A DNA stretch of 63,924 bases, filler included, from Octopus bimaculoides (GCF_001194135.2; 6 parts of 6 records of this genome joined end to end with filler, not necessarily neighbours in it); one strand, 5' to 3'. Counted from the whole stretch's first letter, positions 1 through 11,344 are shown. Notes: generated from the sequence alone by a model not told the origin. Numbers and translations: made by a program.

Positions 1-94
1 ATTTTCAAGAACTCATCGATGAAAATCCACTATCACATATAGAAAAATTAATAATTAAAAGCACAATAAATGAGTATAATATAAAGTAAAGTAA

Positions 95-169
95 ATATCA
101 TAAGATAAATATAATATAAAATAATATAATATAATATAATATAATATAATATATAATATATAATATATA

Positions 170-214
<45 letters not shown>

Positions 215-225
215 ATATATATATA
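95..225. repeat. (ATAAT)n/(AT)n microsatellite
   Basis: Directly visible tandem ATAAT and AT units. Confidence 0.9.
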
Positions 226-264
226 ATGTAAACTAGAACTTATTCATATTTATATTTTATCCAA

Positions 265-355
265 ATGCTTGATATGGTTTCACAACCATGCAGTTTCGAG
301 TTTAGTCTCGGTGTATGGCATCTTGAGCAAGTGCATTCTACTATAACCTCAGGTC
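265..355 (+). mobile_element. Degenerate head of SINE family A
   Basis: caaccatgcagtttcgagtttagtc...ggcatcttgagcaagtgcattctactataacctc aligns by eye to the intact copies at 9510 and 14440. Confidence 0.55.
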
Positions 356-2019
356 CTCTAGTGGCATTCGTTATCACCATTAGGTGTTCTACAAAGAAAT
401 GTATCAAAGAATGGTGTTAATGAAGCTGGAACCAAATGTGAAAGTGTTTCGTCCTGTGGTTGAGCAGCGCAGGCCCGGTCGTCATCCAGAGGTTGCTTGT
501 AAACAAAGCCAGAGGCAGAGAAGTAGGTAGGATGAGGAGGTAATTGAATGTTGGATCAGGAGTGAACCCTGCAGAAGAGTATTCCGACAACGAATGAATC
601 ATGCAAGTAGGTGCTCTACAAAGAAATATATAATATCGATGCCATCGAGTCGACAAAACTTCAAACGTCGTGTGAATTGATTCCAATGTATTATTTTACT
701 ATTTACTACCAGCGAATATTTCATTGTCCTCGGAGAAATGGAAGATGAGAGAGTAGACTCTATCGAGAGTTGAACTTAGAAAATGAGAAGAAAAGAGCCA
801 AAAGGAACGTTGTAAAGCATTAAATAACAATGCATTATTGTTTCTTCGCCGCTGACCGTATTTAGAAATATATATAGACGTATGAAATCGCGGTAGTTGG
901 TAACATTAAAGAAAATGTTCTTTCTTTTCATAGAGTCAATGACACGTCTGCAATATACATGAATTTATGTCGTATATCAATTGCATTTTCCAACAAAGAC
1001 GTTTATATATTTTTTCTTTTTTTAGAAAAAAAAAAATGAAAAGAAAAGAAATATCATCATGAGTGATACTTATACACAAATGACATTTATGAAAACCTGT
1101 CTCCTTTGAAATATATTGAAACACCTGCTTTCAATATTGTAGCTATTTCAATGATGTGATTGGCAGTAATACGAGAGGACATTGCACTGTCATTCCTTTG
1201 TATATTGCGTAAATTCACTCAAGTCATAGCGCCGATTTCCTGTTTATTCGTTTTTTTTTTCCTAATTTAATTTTTCTTTATAAAATCTGGATTTAATACA
1301 CTGAGATACATTACACAACCTTTAGATAAAAATTGTTTAAAAAATGGCAAAAAATATTCACGAATATTACTGATTTCCGATTAATCACGAAAGCCATGCA
1401 ATCGGAAACATGTTAAGTACACACCAGTAAGTTTATTTTATCGATTCTGGAAGGCAAACTCAATCACGACGAAGGGTTAAACTCAGAACTTTAAAGGAGG
1501 AACGTTATTTTTAAATACCACAGGACATTTTGTCAGATACTCTAAACGATTCTACCAATCCAATACCCTTAACCTTTAAATAATATTGGCTTAAATAATC
1601 ACTCAACAAGTTATATTGGTGTCCGTACACGTCAAATTAGAGCGTTGTTGATAAGGAAAAAATCCATATCGCTTACTGGACGTAAGTGGCTTGTTTGCTA
1701 AACGATTTGAGCATTTGCTACGCTGCAAATAACTCAATGTGTCAGCTTGATACGGCGACTAAGTTAATAGTTTGATATTATGTCTCAATAGCTAGTTATA
1801 TATATGCAAACGTTTGCTCCAATAATGATTAATTTGCCACCAAAGATAATATCTATCAATTCAATTGTTACTTGGTAACGGGCTGTTATTTCCCCGGCTT
1901 TTTACAAATGATATGGGGCGGTTTGAATACATAGCTTATCTTGATATTTCCTGCTCCCCTAAACGGCTTTAATTATTGACATGAGCAATGAAGCAATACT
2001 AACATTTATATCAAACACT

Positions 2020-2047
2020 ATGGCATATGTGTGTGTGTGTGTGCGCG

Positions 2048-2102
<55 letters not shown>

Positions 2103-2305
2103 ATACATATGTATGTATACATATGTATGTATATGTATATATATATATGTATGTATATGTATATATATATATATATATGTATGTATATGTATACACATAT
2201 ACGTATATGTATATATATATACATATGTATATATACATATATATGTATGTATATGTGTATATATATATATGTATGTGTAGCTATATATATGTATATATAT
2301 ATATA
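2020..2305. repeat. Compound microsatellite (GT)n(GC)n(AC)n followed by (TA)/(TATG)n
   Basis: Directly visible; source of the HTHT/CVCV/YIYI pseudo-ORFs. Confidence 0.95.
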
Positions 2306-2611
2306 CTGATGAGAAACAGATATTTTCGGTAAGAAAGTGTTAATTTCGAAACTAGTTTGCGGATAACTTTGTATATATTTATGTAATTTTCACTTGTCTT
2401 GCCCGTATACGTTTTTGTTACTTCGCTAAATTTCCTTTGAGAACAATTCGGTCTTAGTAGACACATAACATGTGATCTTCTTCCAGTACATTAACAGTCC
2501 ACCTAGTGGTCTCCTTTATATATACATATATATATATCAGGTCATCCCATAAGTTCTGTCCGAATTTTAAGTAAAGAAAACAAGTGATCAAATGTTATAT
2601 TTAATTTAAAT

Positions 2612-3614
2612 TTAATCATCACTGTATTTTCTCTAATTATCTATGACTTCCTTCCATATATTTACAAGCTTTTCAATTCCATGAATGTAAAACTTATTTG
2701 GTTTCAAAGCGAAGAACTCTGAAATGTCAATTTTGACCTCTTCCTGGCTTGCGAAAGTTATGTCCCCCAAATGATTCTGTAAACTACGAAACAAATGGTA
2801 GTCTGAAGGAGTAAGGTCGGGAGAATAAGGTGGATGAGGAATTTTTTCCCAACCAAGCTCTTCAATCTTCTGTGATGTTATCTTTGCAGTGTGGGGTCGT
2901 GCAGTGTCCTAATGAAACATCACTCCTTTTCGATTCACTAAAGCGAGTCTTTTTTTCTTCAAAGCTTTGTTCAAACGCTCTAATTGCTGACAGTAGACTT
3001 GAGCATTGATTGTTGCATTAGATGGTATTCAAAGTGAATTACTCCTTTGCAATTCCACCAGATAGACACAAGAACCTTTTTCCTATGAAGTTCCCTTCTT
3101 GGTTGTGGCTGAGCTTTTTCCCTTTTACCAAGTAACTGTTTACGACATTTAACATTTCGATAGAAGATCCATTTTTTGTCACAAGTCACAAATCTATCCA
3201 AAAAGGATGAAATGAGTTTGCGAGAATGGAGAGAAGAGCAGATGTCAACTCGGGATTTGCGGTTGCTTTTGGACAATTCATGAGGCTCCCATTTTCCAAG
3301 TTTAGGAACCTTTCCAAGTTGCTGAAGATGACAATGAACAGTTGTATGGTTTCAACTAAGTTTTATTGCCAATTCTTCAGCTAATAATGCCTCAAGGAGC
3401 TTATCATCAAACTCAACTGGACGTCCTGTTCATCTTCATCTTCAAGGCTGAAATCTCCACCTCTGAATTTTGCAAACCATCTTCTGCAAGTTCCTTCATT
3501 CAAGCATTCTTTCCCATAAACTGGGTGTATGTTTCGAGTCACATCGGCTGCAGAGTTTGCTTTTTTGTACTCATAAAGCATTATGGGCCTCAAATGCTCT
3601 TTGGATACTTCCAT
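2612..3614 (-). pseudogene. Mariner transposase pseudogene
   Basis: Manual translation gives N-terminal HTH (MEVSKEHLRPIMLYEYKK...CRRWFAKFRGGDFSLED), VTCDKKWIFY, KVLVSIWWNCKGVIHFE, and FH*DTARPH...WEKIPHPPYSPDLTPSDYHLFRSLQN with 34 residues between the catalytic Asp residues. Stops and frameshifts are present. Confidence 0.92.
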
Positions 3615-3698
3615 GTTTTAATCAGGTCATCCCATAAGTTCTGTCCGATTTTTACCTTTTTTAAAATTGAATGAAATTTAATAGTATTTTAGAATGTC

Positions 3699-3857
3699 TA
3701 ATGTAACTAAAAATTATTTTTATGCATTTGTGTACATTTAAACTAATTAAATATTATTTTACAGAAAAATAGAATTAAAATTTCTATTTTTCTGTAAAAT
3801 AATATTTAATTAGTTTAAATGTACACAAATGCATAAAAATAATTTTTAGTTCCATTA
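3699..3857. repeat. Near-perfect inverted repeat: 76-bp arms, 7-nt loop
   Basis: 3699-3774 is the reverse complement of 3782-3857 with one mismatch; the right arm is cut by the gap. Confidence 0.95.
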
Positions 3858-4185
3858 NNNNNNNNNNNNNNNNNNNNNNNNNNNNNNNNNNNNNNNNNNN
3901 NNNNNNNNNNNNNNNNNNNNNNNNNNNNNNNNNNNNNNNNNNNNNNNNNNNNNNNNNNNNNNNNNNNNNNNNNNNNNNNNNNNNNNNNNNNNNNNNNNNN
4001 NNNNNNNNNNNNNNNNNNNNNNNNNNNNNNNNNNNNNNNNNNNNNNNNNNNNNNNNNNNNNNNNNNNNNNNNNNNNNNNNNNNNNNNNNNNNNNNNNNNN
4101 NNNNNNNNNNNNNNNNNNNNNNNNNNNNNNTATATACATATATATGTATCTTATGTGTGTTTGTATGGATGTACATGTATATGTG

Positions 4186-4345
4186 TGTGGGGACGCATGG
4201 CATAGAGTGCTGCGCAGCACTCACGATCATAGGATTATTGTTTCGATTCCTTGAACAGACGATGCGTTGTGTTTTTGAGCAAAACATTTAATTCCACGTT
4301 GCCCCAGCCCACTCAGCTGCTAAAAATGAGGAATCCTGCGACAGA
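4186..4345 (+). mobile_element. tRNA-derived SINE head (family E) with CORE-like block
   Basis: A/B-box-like head (gtttcgattcc) followed by ttgtgtttttgagcaaaacatttaattccacgttgccccagcccactcagctg; homologous to 24449-24590. Confidence 0.7.
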
Positions 4346-5208
4346 TGCATGTGTGTGTGTGCATATATATATGTATATATATAATGTGTCTGTTTGTATG
4401 TGTGTGTATGTGTATGAGTATATGTGTGTGTGTATATATATATATGTATGTATGCATGTATATATGTATGTATGTGTGTGTGTATATATATATATATATN
4501 NNNNNNNNNNNNNNNNNNNNNNNNNNNNNNNNNNNNNNNNNNNNNNNNNNNNNNNNNNNNNNNNNNNNNNNNNNNNNNNNNNNNNNNNNNNNNNNNNNNN
4601 NNNNNNNNNNNNNNNNNNNNNNNNNNNNNNNNNNNNNNNNNNNNNNNNNNNNNNNNNNNNNNNNNNNNNNNNNNNNNNNNNNNNNNNNNNNNNNNNNNNN
4701 NNNNNNNNNNNNNNNNNNNNNNNNNNNNNNNNNNNNNNNNNNNNNNNNNNNNNNNNNNNNNNNNNNNNNNNNNNNNNNNNNNNNNNNNNNNNNNNNNNNN
4801 NNNNNNNNNNNNNNNNNNNGTGAACTTTTCCCGTATCCAAGTGCTATAATCTAAAGAAAATCACTTTACAGTCCACGGTTTGTAACCAGGGTTGCCAGGT
4901 ATGCGAATAAAAATCCAAAAGTTAAGGAATGGATAGATAAAAACCGAGCTACATATGTTTCATAATGAGAGCAGAACTTAATGTGCATACTTATGCTCTT
5001 GACGGCTCATCATTAATTATTGAATATGTATTCATATCAGGACGGAGAGAGGGTAACAGAAGGACTGAAGTATTTAGGATTGTGTTTCTTTTGTAGGCTC
5101 AACGGAAATTAGATTTCGATTAGAACGTCCTTATTCGCGAAATTATGGTTGATCATAAAATAAATTCTCTTTCCAGGTAAAGAAATTGATATTTACATAT
5201 CATAGCGC

Positions 5209-5530
5209 GGTGAGCCTGCAGAATCGTTGGCACACCGGACAAAGTGCTTAACGGCATTTCGTACGTCTTTACATTCTGAATTCAAATTCCACCGTGGTCG
5301 ATTCTACCTTTCATCCTTTTGCGGTCGATAAAGTACCATTTGAGTACGGAGGTCAACGCAACCGACTTACCCCTTTCTGAAATCGCTGACCTTGTACTGA
5401 AATTTGAAACCATTATCGTTATTATTACTACTACCGAGGTCGACTTTCTTTCATCCTTTCGGGGTCAATGTAATCGACTTAATCTCTCTCCCGAAATTAC
5501 TGGCCTAGCGCCAAAATTTGATTCCATCAT
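5209..5530 (+). mobile_element. SINE family B: one copy plus a partial tandem copy
   Basis: gcgcggtgagcctgcagaatcgttggcacaccggac...ttcatcctttt gcggtcgataaagtacc, and a second gaggtcgactttctttcatcctttcggggtc. Confidence 0.75.
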
Positions 5531-6020
5531 TTATATATAATGATTATATGATTATATGCATCCATCAGCCAAATAGGGGGCGCTCTTATTTAACTATGGT
5601 GATTTGCCACCATTTTTATCTTGAGCGAGCATTTTCTCTCCTTCACAAAATGCAGTGAAAAGCCTTTTACGGGTTCAAAAATCTCTCAAGCGAATTTGAA
5701 CTGATTTTAAGTTTATTTACTCCCAGTTACTGCTTTACCCATCTATTCATAAGTCTGTGTATTTATATATAATTTAATTTATATATAATAGAATTGTGAA
5801 GTTACAAAGTTTTGAAATTATATAAGATAGGGTATGATAATCAGATATTATAAGAATATTATTAAATTTGTTAAGTCTACCGTCGATGTATTAGAATAAA
5901 AACAGATTAGGAAAATAATGAGAAATCATAACATTTATTAAACTATATTAAACTATAATAAACTAAGTTAGTAATATTATTCTCCTCTAGCAGTGGAAGT
6001 AATATTATTAACTTTAACAT

Positions 6021-6182
6021 AGGTGCAAGAATGTCTGTATGGTTAAGAAGATCTCATTGCAACCAGGCGGTTTTAGGTTCTGTCTCACTGCACGGTAACT
6101 GGGGCAAGTGCATTCTAATTCCCTTGGACTGACCAATACCTTGTGAGTGAATTTGGTAGATGGGCACTATGAAGAAGCCCGT

Positions 6183-6186
<4 letters not shown>
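6021..6186 (+). mobile_element. SINE family A 5' half
   Basis: Head plus gggcaagtg...gaccaataccttgtgagtgaatttggtag...gaagaagcccg, followed by (TA)n. Confidence 0.8.
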
Positions 6187-6223
<37 letters not shown>

Positions 6224-6374
6224 TAGATAGGTCCAGTGAAATCCGTGGGTAGGAGAGGTGCAGCCGGAGAGTGTAGAGTTCAGAATAAAAACAGTCCAGA
6301 AGGAATAAATCCAGAATGAAAGAAGGTAGAATCCAGAAGTTCGTGTTTGATGAGTAGAGACAGGATTAGCTATA

Positions 6375-7949
6375 CAACCTTGGGCAAAAGTATTAGGCCA
6401 CCCCAATGTTTTGGGATTCTGCTATTTCAATGTTAATGAAACTCGAGCACATGGTAGATTATGCCATATTTCACAATATACATTAGTTTTAATGTCTGGT
6501 TGAACCTTCTTTAGCATCAATTTCCGCTTTTATACGGTTAGGCATTCAATTAACTAGTTTCTTGCAGGTGCTAAGCGCAATTTTACTCAATTATTCTCTC
6601 AACTATTGGTACAAATGCTCTTTATTTTTAATTGTTGCGTTCCTGATAGCTTCACCAAGAGCTCCACATAGGTATTCGATCGAATTTAGATTGGGACTTT
6701 GAGATGGCCAATCCATGGCAACAATACCATGTGAGTCAAACCATTGACGAGTATTCTTTGCTGTATGACATGCTGTGTTGTTCTGTTGAAAGATAACATT
6801 GTTTTTCGACACTCCTGGATGCAATTTAGTAATTACTGGCTCTAAAACATCCGATAACGTAGAAACATAAGTAGCTGAATTCATCCTTCCCTGACATAAA
6901 AACATTTCTCCGGGTCCTGTGGCAGACATGCAGGCCCACACCATGATAGAACAACCCCCATGNNNNNNNNNNAGACATGCAGGCCCACACCATGATAGAA
7001 CAACCCCCATGTTTTACGGCTGGTACCAGACATTCAGCCTTAAATGCTTCCCCAACTCTGCGACGCACGAAAGTTACACTAGATGTACCGAAAACTTGAG
7101 TAAAAACATGAAAAATAATATTAGCTTTATGTTGGATACTTTTTTCTATATTTTGGGCAACAAACCAGCTACATTAAGTTTATATGTTGATTGAATACAT
7201 GTACTATCTTATTTCATAGTTAATTTCATCAGACCATATGACTTTCGACCATTGCTCACTGGTCCAATTTGCGTGGTTTTTGGCCCACTGAAGACGTTTT
7301 TCCATATTCGCTTCAGAAACCCATGGCTTCTTTCAGGCTTTACAGCCTTCCAGACCGTACTCTACAAGCCTTCTTCTAACAATTCTGGTTGATGAAGTCC
7401 GCACAGAGCTCTAACGATGTTTTTCATCTGTTTCTGAGCGACTGAAGGATGATGAATCTGCCATCATGAGGTGATGTAACCACTTTTACTACCTGTTCTT
7501 TGTATTGCCTTCATATCTTTTATCTCTCTGAAGCGCTTGAAAGTCGTTTGCACCGTACATCGAGAACATTTCATCTTCTGAGCAATTAACATTTGAGACG
7601 TTCCATCTTCATGATGAGCTACGATTTGACCTCGCTCACACTCACTCAACTCCCTTGTTTTAGGCATTTTACTGTTTATTAACTGTATCTACAATGTATT
7701 TTAGCATAAAACTCTAAAATAATCATGGAAGCATAAGTTAATTTTGAACGTTGGTCTTATTCATAATTGGTTGCATATGTACAGTACAGTATAAAAGCGG
7801 TAATTGATGTTAAAGGAAGATCAACCAGATATTAAAAGTAATGTATATTGTGAAATATACCATAATCTACTATGTGCACGAGTTTCATTAACATTGAGAT
7901 AGCAGAACCCCAAAACATTGGGGTGGTCTAATACTTTTGCCCAATGTTG
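6375..7949 (-). mobile_element. Tc1-like transposon (~1.6 kb) with ~160-bp TIRs and TA target duplication
   Basis: Left CAACCTTGGGCAAAAGTATTAGGCCACCCCAATG...ccgcttttatac (6375-6534) matches the reverse complement of 7790-7949; TA at 6373-6374 and 7950-7951. Confidence 0.93.
6489..7667 (-). pseudogene. Tc1-family (DD34E-type) transposase pseudogene
   Basis: MPKTRELSECERGQIV (HTH), WSKVIWSDE, PAVKHGGCSIMVWACMS, IFQQNNTACH...MDWPSQSPNLNSIE. Frameshifts and stops are present; the C-terminus overlaps the left TIR. Confidence 0.92.
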
Positions 7950-7974
7950 TATACATACACACACACGCACACAC

Positions 7975-8182
7975 ACATATAGCTTCTGGCTTTAAGGGTG
8001 TCGCCAGATGCCTGGTTGGAAGATCAACCTTCCCAGTTCTTTTACAGGGCTTAGAAAACTGAAGGACCGCTGCAATAAGTGTGTGAATCTTAGACGGGAA
8101 TATCTTGAATAAAACCATAATTAACTGATCCTCCTCTATTTTTTTTTGCTCAAAGACAGTAACTTTTCAGCACTCACTCCTA
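7975..8182 (+). mobile_element. Short mariner-derived MITE carrying the transposase C-terminus
   Basis: Frame TGLRKLKDRCNKCVNLRREYLE* (about 8044-8112) resembles the mariner C-terminal helix; degenerate terminal repeat aacttttcagcactcactccTA. Confidence 0.7.
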
Positions 8183-8279
8183 TGTTTGTAGATAGGTAGA
8201 TAAGTAGACGCATGGGTAGGTAGGTAGGTAGGTCGGTAGGTAAGTAGGTAGCTAGGTACATACGTAGGTACGTAGGTAA

Positions 8280-8312
<33 letters not shown>

Positions 8313-8384
8313 GTACAAATCTTGAAGAAAATAAACGTAAATACTGGTGTGAATTTCTTCGCCTTCAAAGTGATACCCCATCTT

Positions 8385-9010
8385 CACTGCATCCCAGTGA
8401 CTGAGACAAGTAAGGGATAAAGATAAACTGCGGACATGCTGGGGCTCCACTATGAAAGGTGTTAGTCGAACAAATCGATCCCAGGACTTATTTCTTTAAG
8501 TCTAGTACTGATTTTATCGGTCTTTTTGCCGAACCGGTAAGTTACGGGGACGTAAACACACCGAGTGGTGGTGTGAGACAAACACACACACATACACACA
8601 TACATAGGGCAGTCTTTTTTCTGTTTCCTATTTCTTTACTGCCCAGAAGGGGCTACACACAGAGGGGACAAACAAGGACAGACAGACAGATTAAGTCGAT
8701 TATATCGACCCCAGTGCGTAACTGGTACTTAATTTATGGACCCCGAAAGGATGAAAGGCAAAGTCGACCTCGGTGGAATTTGAACTCAGAACGTAGCGGC
8801 AGACGAAATACCGCTTAGCATTACACCCGGCATGCTAACGTTTCTGCCAGCTCGTCGCCTTACATCTTTTTCCTGTTTCCATCTACTAAATCTACTCACA
8901 AGCCGAGGCTATAGTAGAAGACACTCAACCAAGGTGCCAGGTAGTGGGACTTAACCTGGAACCATGTGGTTGGAGAGCAAGCTTCTTAACACACAGCTAC
9001 GCCTGTACCC
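8385..9010 (-). mobile_element. SINE family A split by an inserted SINE B
   Basis: 3' half at 8385-8600, 5' head at 8865-9010, with family B in between at the internal microsatellite. Confidence 0.8.
8605..8860 (-). mobile_element. SINE family B, full length
   Basis: Reverse complement reads aggcgacgagctggcagaaacgttagcatgccggg...tctgagttcaaattccaccgaggtcgactttgcctttcatcctttcggggtcc. Confidence 0.9.
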
Positions 9011-9485
9011 ATATTTATAAAACTGAAAGATGTGACATCGCATGCAGTACGCGTGGGCCGGCACACAATAGATATATATATTAATGAAGAGAATTATGAG
9101 AGTCTACAAAAGTATACACATTTCTACTTTGTAATATGTTCGCTGTGCCCCAACCGACCCAGACAAATGAACAGTGGTCGTATTAAAGTGATTACCGTAA
9201 TGAAAGCTTTACTAACTAAACTGCAAGGAATTTTTACTCCTTTGTGGTTTTGTTTAGTTTTGTACAAATTAATTATCTATTCATTTCACCTAACATTAAG
9301 GAGTGTTTGTCTGGAAATTTACTGTCTGATCCGTTAATATGAACTTATAACTAAATGTTTATTCGGTTCTTCTATTATGTGTATGTATGTATGTATGTAT
9401 GTACGTATGTGTGTGTGTATGTGTGTATGTACATATGTGTGTGTATGTATGTATGTATGTGTGTGTATGATTGTATGTATGTGTA

Positions 9486-10020
9486 GGCGCAGGAGTGGCT
9501 GTGTGGATAGGCGCAAGAGTGGCTGTGTGGTAAGTAGCTTGCTTATCAACCACATGGTTCTGGGTTCAGTCCCACTGCATGGCACTTTGGGCAAGTGTCT
9601 TCTACTATAGCCTCGGGCCGACCAAAGCCTTGTGAGTGGATTTGGTAGACGGAAACTGAAGGAAACTCGTCGTATATATATATATATATATATATNNNNN
9701 NNNNNNNNNNNNNNNNNNNNNNNNNNNNNNNNNNNNNNNNNNNNNNNNNNNNNNNNNNNNNNNNNNNNNNNNNNNAAAGAGTATGCGCTAATCTTTGTAT
9801 GTGTGTGTATATGTTTGTGTGTCTGTGTTTGTCTCCTCCAACATCGCTTGACAACCGATGCTGGTGTGTTTACGTCCCCGTCACTTAGCGGTTCGGCAAA
9901 AGGGACCGATAGAATAAGTAGTAGGCTTCCAAAGAATAAGTCCTGGGGTCGATTTACTCGACTAAAGGCGGTGCTCCAGCATGGCCGCAGTCAAATGACT
10001 GAAACAAGTAAAAGAGTATG
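9486..10020 (+). mobile_element. SINE family A, full length (tRNA head + CORE-like block + internal microsatellite + LINE-type tail)
   Basis: A box TGGCTGTGTGG, B box GGTTCAGTCCC, CTTTGGGCAAGT CORE-like start, tail GGCGGTGCTCCAGCATGGCCGCAGTCAAATGACTGAAAC; the first 24 nt are duplicated. Confidence 0.92.
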
Positions 10021-11220
10021 CGCTAATCTTTGTATGTGTGTGTGTATGTATGTATGTATGTATGTATGTATGTGTGTGTATGCATGTATGTATGTATGTA
10101 TGTGTGTATGTAAGTATGTATTTATGTGTGTATGTATGTGTGTGTGTATGTATGTATGTGTGTATATGTAAGCGTATATATATGTTTACGTGTGCCTATA
10201 TAGAAATTTATATCTATATCGATATCTACATCTACATGCACACATACAAACAACCTAATATAACCATACGTAGAGGTACACATATATAACTAATTATTGT
10301 GCCATTGCAACCCGATAACATCGAATCTGAAGAAGCAGCCATTTTATGTAATTATTGTTATGATGAAAGAAATTTAATATGATAACGATTTAATTTTGTC
10401 TTAATGAGTTAATTAAAGGAGGTAAGCAGCGCCCAGCGCTGTTTACATAGTTTCCTAAACCAAAGCGGAAGCTCTCATTATACCAGGATATCGTCCGAAT
10501 GAAGAGTGGACGCTGCAGAAGGTACCTGGTGACTAGAGGTTGGTGTTAATTATGATGAAGCAAGCTGTAAACAAATGTTATCTGAAACAGAACAACGGAT
10601 GTGAACGTGTGTGTTTGTATGTGCGCGCGCACGTGTGAGTGTGCGCATGCGTTTGTGTTTATATTGAGCTCTTCCTCTTGTCTCAGTTTTGTTCTAATTC
10701 CGCAAATTGCATAGCAGCATAAGTGTACTTTACCGTACTCTATACGTATTTATATAAAATATAAAAAAATATAATACACGTCCTTCCATCCATCCATACA
10801 TACATTCATACATACATACACATACATACATACACATACATACATGCATACATACATACATACATACATTCACTATTTCCCTCTCGTTTTGGTCTAAGGA
10901 CCCTCCCTGTTTGTTTTCGTTCGGTTTCCTTGAATGTCTCCACCGTCATTGTTTTGTTCCCAACTTTGACCCTCCATAAATCCCAAATTTTATTTTAGAA
11001 TTTATGGGAGCAACTGTCTTTGAAGACTCATATTGTCGTTGAACGCTCAAAATGAGGAGTAGATAGACAGCCGACAACTGATGAAGGGTCGTTTCTCTGT
11101 GTTTACTCGTCCTCTTTTCCATTCTTTTTTCTCTCATTGTTTACGTTTTGAACTCCTTTGTCTATATATTTCATTTTTTTATACAGTTAATGATGTCCTG
11201 TACCCATATATGCATATACA

Positions 11221-11283
<63 letters not shown>

Positions 11284-11344
11284 ATGATATATATATATAC
11301 ATATATATTATTTTTTAGACATATATACATACACACACACACGC

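Larger units (their letters stand above)
2537..3857 (-). mobile_element. Mariner (DD34D) DNA transposon, decayed; 5' end runs into the N gap
   Basis: TIR-like TCAGGTCATCCCATAAGTTCTGTCCGA follows TA at 2535-2536 within a (TA)n tract; transposase remnants lie on the minus strand. Confidence 0.9.

Noticed and set aside
1959-2332. His/Thr, Cys/Val and Tyr/Ile-rich ORFs here and throughout (e.g. 37478-38012, 43620-44123, 58100-58736)
   Set aside because: Translations of (CA)/(TG)/(TA) microsatellites.
6921-7011. ~39-bp direct duplication inside the Tc1 transposase
   Set aside because: The copies sit on either side of a 10-N gap, the signature of an unmerged contig overlap.
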